Part shown: piece after piece, positions 26,170 to 40,439 of the stretch
Layout of the letters: the number at the start of each line of letters is the position of its first letter
How positions within the stretch are numbered: the stretch's first letter is position 1
Source: Eledone cirrhosa
Taxonomy: Eukaryota
Assembly: GCA_964016885.1 (NCBI GenBank)
Contig: OZ024764.1
Location: forward strand, 15,748,001-15,812,000
Direction: 5' to 3'
Length of the DNA: 64,000 nucleotides
Notes under the pieces: model-generated
Seen by the model: only the letters and a program-made list of their open reading frames with translations
Told to the model about the DNA's origin: nothing
Databases searched by the model: none
Program-made: the position numbers and the translations under genes

Positions 26170-26479
26170 TTAAAGATGGGCCCTAGTTGAGTTTGAAACC
26201 CCCTCCTAACTCTAACCTTAACCCCTGGTCAACAATGACTGTAAGGAAGAGAAAGAAGAAAAACATGATGGGGGGGGGTGTAGTAGCAGTACAATCAACA
26301 AAAGGAGTGGAGAATTAGTAGTCTAAAATCCCAAAGTGATGGTATAGTGGTGGTGAATCAGCCGAATGACCATATATGGGCATTGGCCTAATATGTGGTT
26401 CTTGTTGTTCATACTTAAGTTGTTGTTATTTTTAATGTTAAGGCGTATATATATATATATATATGTATATGTATGTATA

Positions 26480-26522
<43 letters not shown>

Positions 26523-26683
26523 TGATATACATATATATATATATATATTGATATACATATATATGTATATGTTTGAGTGTATATATATGTGTATATATAT
26601 ATATGTATATATATATATATTTATATATATATATATATATATATACATATGTATATATACATATATATGTATATGTTTGAGTG

Positions 26684-26716
<33 letters not shown>

Positions 26717-26763
26717 GTTTGAGTGTATATATATATATATATATATATGTATATGTTTGAGTG

Positions 26764-26798
<35 letters not shown>

Positions 26799-26863
26799 GT
26801 GTATATATGTATATATATATATATATATGTGTGTATATATGTATATATATATATATATGTGTA

Positions 26864-26906
<43 letters not shown>

Positions 26907-26907
26907 A

Positions 26908-26962
<55 letters not shown>

Positions 26963-27508
26963 ATATTTGTTATTATTATTAGTATTTATGCAGTCTGAGT
27001 TCAAATCCCACCGAGGTCAACTTTGCCTTTCATACTTACGGGGTCGATAAAACAAAGTACCAGTAATGTACTGAGATAATTGCAGGCCTTGTGCCAAAAG
27101 TAGAAACATCAATTATTACTATTATTAGGGCAGTGGGTTTGGCAAAATTGGTGGAGCACCGGAGCACAGGTGCTGTTGCATTTCTTCCTCTCTCTCAGTT
27201 TGGAGTTCAAATCCCACCGAGCTCAACTTTGCCTTTTATCATTCCAGAGTCGATAAAATGACATACCTGTAATATGCTTGGGTCCGTTATTCGACTTTCC
27301 CCTTCCCTTCAAATTGCTGGCCTTGTGCCTGTAGTAGACATTTTTATTATTATTATTGTTGCTGTTGTTGTTGTTGTTGTTGTTATATTTTCTTTTGTTT
27401 GTTTTTTTTGTTATTGTTGTTTTTTTTTCAAAAGATTATATTTTAATATTTGAGTTAATGTTTGATATGTTGGTTATATATATATGTATATATATACTTG
27501 TGTGTGTA

Positions 27509-27566
<58 letters not shown>

Positions 27567-27568
27567 CT

Positions 27569-27618
<50 letters not shown>

Positions 27619-27660
27619 CTTGTGTATATATATATAATATATGTATGTATATATACTTGA

Positions 27661-27727
<67 letters not shown>

Positions 27728-27736
27728 CATATTTAC

Positions 27737-27767
<31 letters not shown>

Positions 27768-27776
27768 CATATTTAC

Positions 27777-27807
<31 letters not shown>

Positions 27808-27832
27808 CATATATACATATATATATATATAC

Positions 27833-28025
<193 letters not shown>

Positions 28026-28096
28026 TATATATACACACACATATACATATATATATATATATATACACACACATATATATATATATATATATACTA

Positions 28097-28131
<35 letters not shown>

Positions 28132-28154
28132 TATATATATATATATATATACTA

Positions 28155-28187
<33 letters not shown>

Positions 28188-28210
28188 TATATATATATAT
28201 ATATATACTA

Positions 28211-28244
<34 letters not shown>

Positions 28245-28492
28245 CTTAGTATAGTTAATATGAGGCATTGCGAGGTATTTAATAAATAACTGATAATTGT
28301 CAGAAAGCCAGTAAAATGCAGTAGAAATATATAAAGGGCAAATGGTGACAAATAAAACAAAACGAAGCAAATTTTACCCAGTGTATTTTTACTAGCTAGG
28401 GCAGAACACGTTGCTTGTTCGTTTTTATTGGGTCGTCAAGTATGAAATTTGTAGAAAAAAAGCATATGTCTACCAATTTCAAACTTGACGAC

Positions 28493-28538
28493 TCAACACA
28501 TTTGAAAAGAGGGTTTTAGCCCCGAAATATTATGTTGA
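28493..28538 (+). ncRNA. Hammerhead motif with U3-A8 core variant, family G
   Basis: tcaacacat-TTGAAAA-gaggg(ttttag)cccc-GAAA-ta-TT-atgttga. Confidence 0.45.
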
Positions 28539-28726
28539 ATTATACTGGGTAAAACATCACTTTGTTTTATTTCTACTTTAATTCTTTCTACGTAATATAT
28601 TTCTACTGCATTTCATTGGCTTCCTGAAAATTATTGGTAATTTATTACACACACACACACACACACATACATATATGTATGTATGTACATATATATTTGT
28701 GTGTATAATTATAAATATATATATAC

Positions 28727-28803
<77 letters not shown>

Positions 28804-28882
28804 TAGATATATATACATATATATATATTTGTGTGTATATACATATACACACATATATATATACATATATATATATATACAC

Positions 28883-28916
<34 letters not shown>

Positions 28917-29121
28917 GTATAATACATATACATATATATGTATAATACATATACATATATATGTATAATGCATATACATATATATACATATACATATACA
29001 TACATATACATATATATATATGCATATATATATATATGCATGTATATATATATATGTATATATATGCATGTATATATATATATATATGTATATATATATA
29101 CATATACATATATATATATGT

Positions 29122-29181
<60 letters not shown>

Positions 29182-29495
29182 GTGTGTGTATGTATGTGTG
29201 AGAATACACTTCTGTATGTATATGTAAGAAAATGACGTATATAAAATCTTTATATTTATATTTAATCCTTTGTTGTTGTTATTTTTTGTTTGTTTATATG
29301 ATTTAGTTATTTTTGTATTTAATTTACACATGTATACATACTTGTATCTACACTAATAACAGCTCACACACACACACATATACACACACACACATATATA
29401 TATATGTATGTAAAAGGTAAACAGAAGTAACAACACAATCGGTACAGTATATGGAAGGAATATATTAGGTTAATGCTTGAAATAGCAGGGAGAGG

Positions 29496-29533
29496 TTCTT
29501 AACGTTTTGGACGCTAGTCCTTCATCAGAAGAA
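29496..29533 (-). ncRNA. Family F hammerhead copy with G12>A (probably inactive)
   Basis: Minus strand: tctt-CTGATGA-a-ggac(tagc)gtcc-aAAA-cg-TT-aaga. Confidence 0.5.
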
Positions 29534-29845
29534 AGAATGAGAAATAAAATAGATTGAGGTTGGAATTGGGAAAAATGTCTTTAGATAAAAATAACAGGTC
29601 CATTCATGTTGACATCTCTTGCAAAACTGTTGGTGCTGGCGTTTTGTGTATGATTTGTTTTTAGAAAATTTGATGATGGAGTGCGTCTACCTGAAATGAA
29701 AAAAAAAACGTTTTGTAAAAAGAGCTATACTTGAAAATAAAGTGTCTTGCTCAATGACATAACGCATCTCCTGGTCCAGGAATCGAACTCCCAACCTCAC
29801 AATTGCGAATTCAGTTCTCTAACCACTCACTTTCACTGATGATTG

Positions 29846-29891
<46 letters not shown>

Positions 29892-30231
29892 GTATACATA
29901 CACATATACACACAAATTGGTTATAACATGGAAGCCAGTACAATATAGGGGGGGGGGGTTGTAAATATTAAGGCAACAAAAGGAGAGGGGTGAGGTTGAG
30001 TGGAAAAAAAGAGGAAAAAATTCAAGAAACAGAGACATTACACTGGAAGTATCTATTAGCCAGCCCCTATATATTTTGGATGTACTATCCCTTATCAAGG
30101 GATCTGATGGGAACCTCGGAAAGTATCAAAAAGGAACTCTCTATGCTTCTGTTTGGTTTGTGTGTGTACACACATACACACACATATATATATACACACA
30201 CACACACATATATATATATATACACACACAC

Positions 30232-30346
<115 letters not shown>

Positions 30347-30595
30347 TATATATATATACACACACACACATATATATATACACACACACACATATATATA
30401 TATACACACACACACATATATATATATATACACACACACATATATATATATACACACACACACATATATATATATATATACACACACACATATATATATA
30501 TATACACACACACATATATATATATATATATACACACACATATATATATATATATACACACACACATATATATATATATACACACACACATATAT

Positions 30596-30660
<65 letters not shown>

Positions 30661-30691
30661 TATATATATATACACACACAAATATATATAT

Positions 30692-30725
<34 letters not shown>

Positions 30726-31584
30726 TTATTTATTAAAATAACAGATTAAAGTTTAAGATCCTTAATGGAATCTTCTGAAATATGAGTTCACAACTCAATT
30801 TTCTCTGAATCTCCCGTAATACATATTTTTGTGGTGTTCAGGATTACACAATGCAGTCATCACACAAAAACGAACTTAACTTCATCAGACAGTAATACTA
30901 ACTCACTCTGCATATATATAGTTAAAATGAAGAAAATCCAAGGTTAACAACTCAAGTCCATTCTTTAATGGTTACGTACCTGTCTACACAGGTGATGATG
31001 GTATGTACATATGTAAACAATAAATTGATCAGAAACACTTAATTAACAATTATGTGTGGCTGCACTTGACCTATGTCAGACCTGCCACCCTCTAAAAGCC
31101 CAAATAGGGAGTACCATTAAAAAAAGTGCCCCAAAACGGTGAGAAATGAGATAATTGTTTCTACGTTAGGCACAAGGCCAGCAATTACCCAGTGCATTAC
31201 TGGTACTTTATTTTATCGACCCCGTAAGGATGAAAGGCAAAGTCAACCTTAATTAATAATTATTAATACTGGTATATCGTGCAATGGCCATACTCGATAA
31301 CGAGGGGGCAGCCATCATGTATGTATGTATGTTCTTCTGGTTTTGCCAATAGAGAGAGAGAGTTGGTTTCTAACATAGACACAAGACTCTCTCATTGGAA
31401 TTTACACAACATCAACTAGGTAGATATGTATGTATGGATGTGTATGTTTTGAGTTGTATGTGTGTGTGTGTATATGCAGTTATTGAGTTTTATCTGTACA
31501 TATGTATATGCAGTTATTAGATACAAAATTTTTGGAATGTTTTAAATATTTTTTTTTGTATGTGTGTATGTGTGTATGTATGTT

Positions 31585-31867
31585 ATCTTTTTCTCTTAAT
31601 TTCGAGTATATATTTTTTTACCGGCCACCTTCCTGGTGGCAAGGTTGTAAAAGAAAAGAAATTGTCATCCCTTGAATCGCAAGAATGTTTTGCAAATTTT
31701 GAAGGTGCCAGCTATCGCAGCCATTTGTAGACTATGAATTAGGGAGCTGCGCTCTTTGTCCGCAAATCCAAGTTCAGTCATACTTTGGTCCAAGCGGGTT
31801 GGTAATAACCCGTAGCTCCAATAATGATGGGTATGAAGCTAAAGGTGTATCTTGGATACTGGATTTG
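31585..31867 (-). mobile_element. 5'-truncated, frameshifted RLE-type non-LTR retrotransposon 3' end
   Basis: QIQYPRYTFSFIPIIIGATG / ...LIHSLQMAAIAGTFKICKTFLRFKG*; flanked by (TATG)n-type tracts. Confidence 0.65.
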
Positions 31868-33359
31868 TATGTATGTATGTATGTATGTATGTACACCCTA
31901 GAACACCACTCTACTTATTTAATTCATAATATATATATATACTTCGTTTTTTAATTTATTTTGCAAGATTTCTTATCTGAAAACGTGTGTTGAAACAGAT
32001 ATTGTTATACTTTTGGAGGGTCATGCTGCCAATAAAAACACAATAAATAAACAACCATCCGGTTAATGGACCAACCAACCAGAAATTTATAATAAATTGA
32101 AGTGAAAACCAACTGGTGTGTGTGTGTTTTTATTGGCAGCATGACCCTACCAAAGTATAACAATATATCTCTATGCTTGTTCTGTATAAACCCTTCTAAA
32201 GCAACACCACTAATTATATGGTGATCTGAGTTCAAATCCCGTCGAGGTTAACTTTGCCTTTCATCCTTACGGGGTTGATAAAATAAAGTACCAGTAATGT
32301 ACTGAGAATAATTGCTGACCTTGTGCTAAAAGCAGAAAGAACTAATTATACGGGGTTCGTTAATACATAGACACGTTGTAAGGTAGGGCGTTATTTAGAA
32401 CGGCGACTTTAGGAAAACAACACCGCCTAATTACACCGTTTCCCCAGTTTGGTGCGAAATTCGAAATTTCGAATGCTTGTAACTATCAACAGAGGTATTG
32501 TTGGATCCATATATATTTGAACATTAAACCTAACAAGTAATAATACTAATTAATTATGTTTCCGACGTATTATAGACATTTACGCAAGAATATTTCCACG
32601 GTTTCTGAAATAATTTCACTTCGTTTTCGTTTTCTATTTCTCACACCTGTTTCTATGTTTTCTATTAAACCACTAACAAATATTCTTCTAATTATTACAA
32701 GTATCAGGCCTGACAACCTCTAAAAACCTAAATAAGGAGTCCCATGAAAAAAAGTGTCAAAAAACGAGGAGCAATGAGGCAAAATGTGGAGATTTTACAT
32801 AATTGTTTCTTCTATTGGCACAAGGCCAGCAATTACCCCAGTACATTACTGGAGATGTTACATAATGAAGTTGCGACCGATAGATAGTATTAGCAATTGG
32901 GAAGACCAATGGAAACATTGTTTCCTCGGTCCGATTTGACGAAAGTCGATCGTTCCTTAAAGATATACCCATTTTCACAAGAGAAGACATCTCTCTCCCA
33001 CCCTAAACGGGGAGAGTTGACAGGTCTCCAATCTCTTACAACCACTTAACGAACGCTCTTCGTTAAATGCTCGTCTTTGCCCAACATTTGATATAGTGTC
33101 TGTTCTTTATTGCAATAGTTTGTCTTAATTGTTAGTCCTTTCATTCGATTGCATATGGAACTATATATGTGTATTCTGAGTTCAAATCCCGCCGAGGTTA
33201 ACTTTGCCTTTCATCCTTACGGGGTCGATAAAATAAAGTACCAGTAATGTACTGAGTAATTGCTGGCCTTGTGCCTAAAGTAGAAACAATTATTGTTTAT
33301 TAACCCTTACAGTAAACACAAAGAAGCAACACACACACACACACACGTACACCAGGTCC

Positions 33360-33580
33360 GAACACAGGAGCCGAACTCCCACTGTCATCGCCTCCATCTC
33401 TCTCACCCTTCCCATCTCTCTCTACTATGAGCAAATGGGGTCCCACGTGCTGGCCGCCCCATGGCCCCGGCAGACAGAATAGAGAAGGCATTTCGACTGA
33501 GGATGGTGGCATCCCAGATGAGGGGTTTATCACCATGTAACAGGAAAATGGTCATGCCGTCTGGCCTTTTGCCGTCCCTT
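33360..33580 (-). mobile_element. Internally deleted CRE-like (RLE) retrotransposon fragment; related fragment at 60890-60985
   Basis: DGKRPDGMTI...KPLIWDAT joined to NAFSILSA; the 60890 copy reads RELEWLFQRVSLAVLQGNAFSILSA. Confidence 0.6.
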
Positions 33581-33617
33581 TTAATTTGTATTTGGTTAAA
33601 CTTTATCCCAGTTTTGT

Positions 33618-33966
33618 GAAGGCACATGGCTTAGTGGTTAGAGCATTGGGCTTGCAATCCGAAGGTTGTGAGTTCGATTCTCAGACCGGGTGATGTGTTG
33701 TTTCCTTGAGCAAGACACTTTATTTCACATTGCTCCAGTTTACTCAGCTGTAAAAATGAGTTGTGACGTCACTTGTGTCAAGCTGTATCGGCCATTGCCT
33801 TTCCCTCGGACAATATTGGTGGCATGGAGAGGGGAGATTGGTATACATGGGTGACTGCGCTGGGTCTTCCACAAACAACTTTGCCCGGACTTGTGCCTCG
33901 GAGGGAAACTTTCTAGGTGCAAATGCCATGGTTATTTGTGACTGATGGAGGCTTTACTTTTACCTT
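33618..33966 (+). mobile_element. tRNA-derived CORE-type SINE, most complete copy; others at about 7237-7315(-), 8603-8647, 29735-29830(-), 37166-37415(-), 42685-42760, 60542-60820(-)
   Basis: Box A TGGCTTAGTGG, box B GAGTTCGATTC, CORE-like gtttccttgagcaagacactttatttcacattgctccagtttactcagctgtaaaaatgag. The 37166 copy has an 11-bp TSD caatgaggagg. Confidence 0.8.
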
Positions 33967-34218
33967 ATCCCAGTTTATAATTCCTGATGATACGCCAATG
34001 TTATACGTATTACGTTTTGTGTAAATAATTGCTAAACAACAATTTCTGATTGACTTATTGTTTACGTTTGTATAGACAGGTACGTAGAAATTACCTGTAT
34101 AGACAGGTACGTAGAAATTAAAGAATGGGCGTAAGGTTAACCTTGGATTTTCTACACAAACATTACTGCTCTATTACCTGTACTGTCTTCAAGAACTTCA
34201 ACTTTCAAAGAATATTTC

Positions 34219-34263
<45 letters not shown>

Positions 34264-34472
34264 AGATCAAAAGATGGTTAAAGGAGTTCCATATATTTTA
34301 TTATGCGCAAAATATATGGAACTCCTTTAACCATCTTTTGATCTTATATTATGCATACTCCAGTCCCACAAACTGTAGAGTGCTTCTTATCCGATATCTG
34401 CATTGCTTTATTGTACTACAATAAAACTCACCTCCTACATATATATATATATATATAGTTTTAATATAGATG

Positions 34473-34523
34473 AGATTCTACAGGACTAGAACTGTTTCAT
34501 TCTTTAGAAATCATCAGGAATCT
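34473..34523 (-). ncRNA. Type I hammerhead motif with full stem III and GUA cleavage site, family H
   Basis: Minus strand: agattc-CTGATGA-t-ttct(aa)agaa-t-GAAA-cag(ttctagtc)ctg-TA-gaatct. Confidence 0.72.
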
Positions 34524-34812
34524 GGGTGTCAAAAAATAAATATGGTATTTATAGGTCTCTTCAGGTGGTAGGAGAGGGTAGGGAGTGGGATGGGTAGAGG
34601 TCATTGGTTGATAGAAAAGGGAATTCATTAAAAGCTAATTCTTTAAAGCTATAATTTATATTTAGGGTAACAAAGGCAGCTTTATAGCTTTAAAGAATTA
34701 GCTTTTAATGAATTCCCTTTTCTATCAACCAATGACCGCTACCCATCCCACTCCCTACCCTCTCCTACCACCTGAAGAGACCTATAAATACCATATTTAT
34801 TTTTTGATACCC

Positions 34813-34863
34813 ATATTCCTGATGATTTCTAAAGAATGAAACAGTTCTAGTCCTGTAGAATCT
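34813..34863 (+). ncRNA. Family H hammerhead, right arm of inverted repeat
   Basis: attc-CTGATGA(34819)-tttctaaagaat-GAAA(34838)-cag...ctg-TA-gaat. Confidence 0.7.
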
Positions 34864-35105
34864 CATCTATATTAAAACTTTTATACTCTGCAATGTATTG
34901 AGTACCTTACTTACTGTGGTTACCTCCGATTCAACCCGGAATAACGTATATATATATATATAGGTTTTCAAATCCACATTTAATAAAAACACCATGTTTT
35001 ATTCATTCTGACGACTGAAAGCAGATTTATCTACTTTCAAGAAACCAGTGGTAAATGAAATAATTATCTTATGTTGTTTATTACATTAAAAAAAAAAAAA
35101 ATCTC

Positions 35106-35136
<31 letters not shown>

Positions 35137-35232
35137 ATGTATGTTTAAAAGGTAAACAGAAATAACAACACAATCGGTACAGTATATGGAAAGAATATAT
35201 TAGGTTAATGCTTGATATAGCAGGAAGGGGGG

Positions 35233-35268
35233 TCTTAACGTTTCAGACGCTAGTCCTTCATCAGAAGA
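35233..35268 (-). ncRNA. Minimal hammerhead motif, family F, intact core
   Basis: Minus strand: tctt-CTGATGA-a-ggac(tagc)gtct-GAAA-cg-TT-aaga; palindromic aacgtt stem III. Confidence 0.7.
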
Positions 35269-35313
35269 AAGAAGGAGAAATAAGATAGATTGAAGGGATG
35301 GGCGGGGTGGAAG

Positions 35314-35358
<45 letters not shown>

Positions 35359-35976
35359 GTATATATGTGTGTGTGTGTGCTTGAATTTAGTAGACAGAAA
35401 CTGCACAAAAGCCTATTGTATACATACATATATCTCTGTGTGTCTGTGTTGAAGTTTACTTTTTGTTTGTGTCTAGTAACTTAGCAGTTTAACTGATGGG
35501 GATTGATAAAATGAATGCCAGACCGGGGTTGGGGGTCAACTTGATTGATTAAATGCTTTCAATGCAGTGCCACAGCATGGCCACAGTCTAATGATTGGAG
35601 TCACTAAAGGAATTAAAAATGTTTAATGAATATATATATATATAAATATATATAAATATGTATGTATATATACATATGTATATATACATGTGTATGTATA
35701 TATATATATGTATATATACATATGTATGTGTATATATATGTATATATGCATATGTATGTGTGTATATATGTATATATACATATGTATGTGTATATATGTA
35801 TATATACATATGTATGTGTGTATATATGTATATATACATATGTATGTGTATATATGTATATATACATATGTATGTGTGTATATATGTATATATACATATG
35901 TATGTGTATATATATGTATATATACATATGTATGTGTATATATATGTATATATACATATGTATGTATATATATATA

Positions 35977-36023
<47 letters not shown>

Positions 36024-36304
36024 ATATATATATATGTGTGTGTATATATATATATATGTGTGTGTCTATAACCTATATGTTTAGGTCACCACCAACATCG
36101 AATATTTTTTAATATATGACGAGTGGGGGGTGATGTTGGTCGAGGGAAGAGCTGGCTGTTCTATTATCTGGGGAGCCTCCCTCCGCTACACACCCCACCA
36201 CTCTCACAGCCGACAACACAACCACCATTACGTGGTCTATTAACTTTCTATATGTATATATCTATTTCTCCTTCTCTTTACATATATATATATGTATATA
36301 TATA

Positions 36305-36392
<88 letters not shown>

Positions 36393-36401
36393 TACAGACA
36401 T

Positions 36402-36451
<50 letters not shown>

Positions 36452-36562
36452 GTACATATATACACACATACTTTGGTGTTTAACTCATCATAAGTGATGT
36501 CAATAGCTATGTAAATTGTATTCAATGCCCTGTAAACATCTATATATATACACATATATATG

Positions 36563-36606
<44 letters not shown>

Positions 36607-36688
36607 AAATATGTGTATATGTGTATATATATACATATATTTCCTATATATACATATATATGTATATATATATATATATTTCCTATAC

Positions 36689-36754
<66 letters not shown>

Positions 36755-36894
36755 GTGTATATATAAACTTTCAATAATAAAAAGCTGTGTATAGACCGAC
36801 ATTTGCCCACAAATAAAGTATTGTAGAAACAAAAGTGTGTAGACAATCTTTATAATTCCATGTATATATGTTTGAAATCCCTGGGGGTAGTTTT

Positions 36895-38890
36895 TTCAGG
36901 TGAAGAATCAAAACCAGAAGTACTCACCAGATCTGCCCAGACTACAGCAGCACTTACAAGACTTAAGCCTATCTGGAATGATAGAAATGTAGCCCCCAGC
37001 CAAAGATCTCACTTATGTGGTCTCTGGTCATGTCCTTAACTTAAAATGTCTGTGAGTCTTGGACAATAACAGCAGATCTAGAGAGACGAATACAGCATAC
37101 AGAGATGGGATTCTTCAGAAAGCTCCTTGGCATCACCTACAGAAACTGGTTCTCCAATGAGGAGGAAGGGGACAGCTCCCACCTCTGCAGGTTTAGCTGG
37201 CCTCCTCCAAGGTATATCTCGTTCGAGGTGTCTTGGGTAATTTAATTATAGGGACCCCCAGTCCCTATCATCTCATTTCTACAGCTGAGTAAACTGGAGC
37301 AATGTGAAATAAAGTGTCTTGCTCAAGGAAACAACACATCACCCGGTCTGAGAATTGAACTCACAACCTTTCGATTGCAAGCCCAATGCTCTAACCACTA
37401 AGCCATGGACCTTCACAATGAGGAGGTACGAAACAGAATTTGGCAAGCCATCAGGCCCTATAAAGACCTACTGACCATTGTAAAATAATGCAAATTGAGA
37501 TGGTATGGGCACGTGACAAGATCTTAAATACCCAGGTACACATTGTAGAGCTAGCCTAGGGTACTAAATCCCCAGGTACACATTGTAGAGCTAACCTAGG
37601 GTACTAAATACCCAGGTACACATTGTAGAGCTAGCCTAGGGTACTAAATACCCAGGTACACATTGTAGAGCTAACCTAGGGTACTAAATACCCAGGTACA
37701 CATTGTAGAGCTAACCTAGGGTGTTAAATACCCAGGTACACTTTGTAGAGCTAGCATAGAGTGTTAAATACCCAGGTACACATTGTAGAGCTAGCCTAGG
37801 GTACTAAATACCCAGGTACACACAGTAGAGCTAGCCTAGGGTGTTAAATACCCAGGTACACATTGTAGAGCTAGCCTAGGGTACTAAATACCCAGGTACA
37901 CACAGTAGAGCTAACCCAGGGTGTTAAATACCCAGGTACACACAGTAGAGCTAGCCTAGGGTGTTAAATACCCAGGTACACACAGTAGAGCTAGCCTAGG
38001 GTACTAAATACCCAGGTACACACAGTAGAGCTAGCCTAGGGTGTTAAATCCCCAGGTACACATTGTAGAGCTAGCCTAGGGTACTTAATACCCAGGTACA
38101 CACAGTAGAGCTAGCCTAGGGTGTTAAATACCCAGGTACACATTGTAGAGCTAGCCTAGGGTACTAAATACCCAGGTACACACAGTAGAGCTAACCCAGG
38201 GTGTTAAATACCCAGGTACACACAGTAGAGCTAGCCTAGGGTGTTAAATACCCAGGTACACACAGTAGAGCTAGCCTAGGGTACTAAATACCCAGGTACA
38301 CACAGTAGAGCTAGCCTAGGGTGTTAAATCCCCAGGTACACATTGTAGAGCTAGCCTAGGGTACTTAATACCCAGGTACACACAGTAGAGCTAGCCTAGG
38401 GTGTTAAATACCCAGGTACACATTGTAGAGCTAGCCTAGGGTACTTAATACCCAGGTACACACAGTAGAGCTAACTTAGGGTGTTAAATACCCAGGTACA
38501 CATTGTAGAGCTAGCCTAGGGTGTTAAATACCCAGGTACACACAGTAGAGCTAGCCTAGGGTGTTAAATACCCTGGTACATATTGTAGAGCTAGCCTAGG
38601 GTGTTAAATACCCAGGTACACACAGTAGAGCTAGCCTAGGGTGTTAAATACCCAGGTACATATTGTAAAACAATGCAAATTGAGATGGTGCGGGCACGTT
38701 ACAAGATCTTGAGGGCTAGCCAAGACTGTCCTGCGGGGGAGAGTAGAAGGAGGGAGGAAGAGAGACAGACAGAGAAAGAGACGGGACGACAAGATCCCGG
38801 AATGGACAGGTGTGAGGCTGGGTGAAACCATGAGGAAGGTGAGAGGAATGGAAGGAGATGGTTGTCAGCTCATCTGGCAGAGCCCATCGT
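36895..38890 (+). pseudogene. Degenerate RTE-clade LINE ORF 3' part, interrupted by a SINE and a 40-bp array
   Basis: CESWTITADLERRIQHTEMGFFRKLLGITY...NEE | SINE | EVRNRI...KLRWYGHVTRS | array | GLAKTVLRGRVEGGRKRDRQRKR. Confidence 0.75.
37526..38667. repeat. 40-bp minisatellite (aaatacccaggtacacattgtagagctagcctagggtact)n, ~28 units
   Basis: Exact 40-bp periodicity. Confidence 0.95.
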
Positions 38891-39382
38891 ACAGACGAAG
38901 TTAGTGCCCCAGCATGGCCACAGTCTTATAACTGAAACCAGTAATAGAAGGTAGTGCCCCAGCATGTCCACAGTCTAATCATTGAAACCACTAAAAGAAG
39001 GCAGTGCCCCAGCATGGCCACAGCAAGTAGAATGAAATTAATAAAAGAATAAAATAAAAATAAAAATTACACAGCATGAGTTATTTCCCTTGATCTAAAT
39101 TGCATTACTTAGTTATTTCCCTTCCTATAGATTTTTATTTATACAAGACGTTCGTATACACATATATATATACATTACACACACACACACGTATGTATAC
39201 TTCCGCACATACACTCATACATATCTATATACAAACACGCACACACCTCCCCTCATATATATGAAAAAAATTAGGACCCCGACGGCTGAGCTCCGGCCGT
39301 TTCAGCAGTATTTAGTACCCTAGGTTAGCTCTACAATGTGTACCTGGGTATTTAGCACCCTAGGTTAGCTCTACAAGTACTC

Positions 39383-40169
39383 ATTGTAGAGCTAACCTAG
39401 GGTATTAAATACCCAGGTACACATTGTAGAGCTAGTCTAGGGTGCTAGATACCCAGGTACACATTGTAGAGCTACTCTAGGGTACTAAATACCAAGGTAT
39501 ACATTGTAGAGCTACTCTAGGGTACTAAACACCCAGGTATACATTGTAGAGCTAACCTAGGGTACTAAATACCCAGGTACACACAGTAGAGCTAACCTAG
39601 GGTACTAAATACCCAGGTACACATTGTAGAGCTACTCTAGGGTACTAAATACCCAGGTATACATTGTAGAGCTAACCTAGGGTACTAAATACCCTGGTAT
39701 ACATTGTAGAGCTAACCTAGGGTTCTAAATACCCAGGTACACACTGTAGAGCTAACCTAGGGTACTAAATACCCAGGTATTCATTGTAGAGCTAACCTAG
39801 GGTACTAAATACCCAGGTACACACTGTAGAGCTAACCTAGGGTGCTAAATACCCAGGTATTCATTGTAGAGCTAACCTAGGGTACTAAATACCCAGGTAT
39901 TCATTGTAGAGCTAACCTAGGGTACTAAATACCCAGGTATTCATTGTAGAGCTAACCTAGGGTATTAAATACCCAGGTATTCATTGTAGAGCTAATCAAG
40001 GGTACTAAATACCCAGGTATTCATTGTAGAGCTAACCTAGGGTACTAAATACCCAGGTATTCATTGTAGAGCTAACCTAGGGTGCTAAATACCCAGGTAT
40101 TCATTGTAGAGCTAACCTAGGGTACTAAATACCCAGGTACACACACTAGAGCTAGCCTAGGGTACTAAA
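39383..40169. repeat. Second array of the same 40-bp unit (~19 units), preceded by inverted units at 39309-39376
   Basis: Direct inspection. Confidence 0.95.
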
Positions 40170-40439
40170 ATAAGGGAGATAATCAGCGAAAATGTTATCA
40201 GATACAGGGGACATAACTAGGGGTGTATTAGTGTATTATTAAAAAATTGCCTAAACAACAAACACTTATGTAAATGCACCAAAAGAGGACCGTAACACTT
40301 ACTACGAGAGGCCCATATGGTTGCAACATTTGTACAAAAGTGTCCAAATCCCCAGTAGGACTAAAAATCCATGTCAGTGCTGCTCATGCTTACAGGGAAA
40401 AGCGGACGTAAAATGATGATGACGACGATATATGCTGCG

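Noticed and set aside
30990-31062. GTGATGA-tggt...atca-GAAA-cac...gtg (also CTGATAA...GAGA near 59990 and CTGACGA-ct-GAAA near 35008)
   Set aside because: Core mismatches or missing stems; at most degenerate relics.
33621-33690. tRNA gene
   Set aside because: The tRNA-like head runs into a SINE core, has no convincing acceptor stem and is multi-copy.
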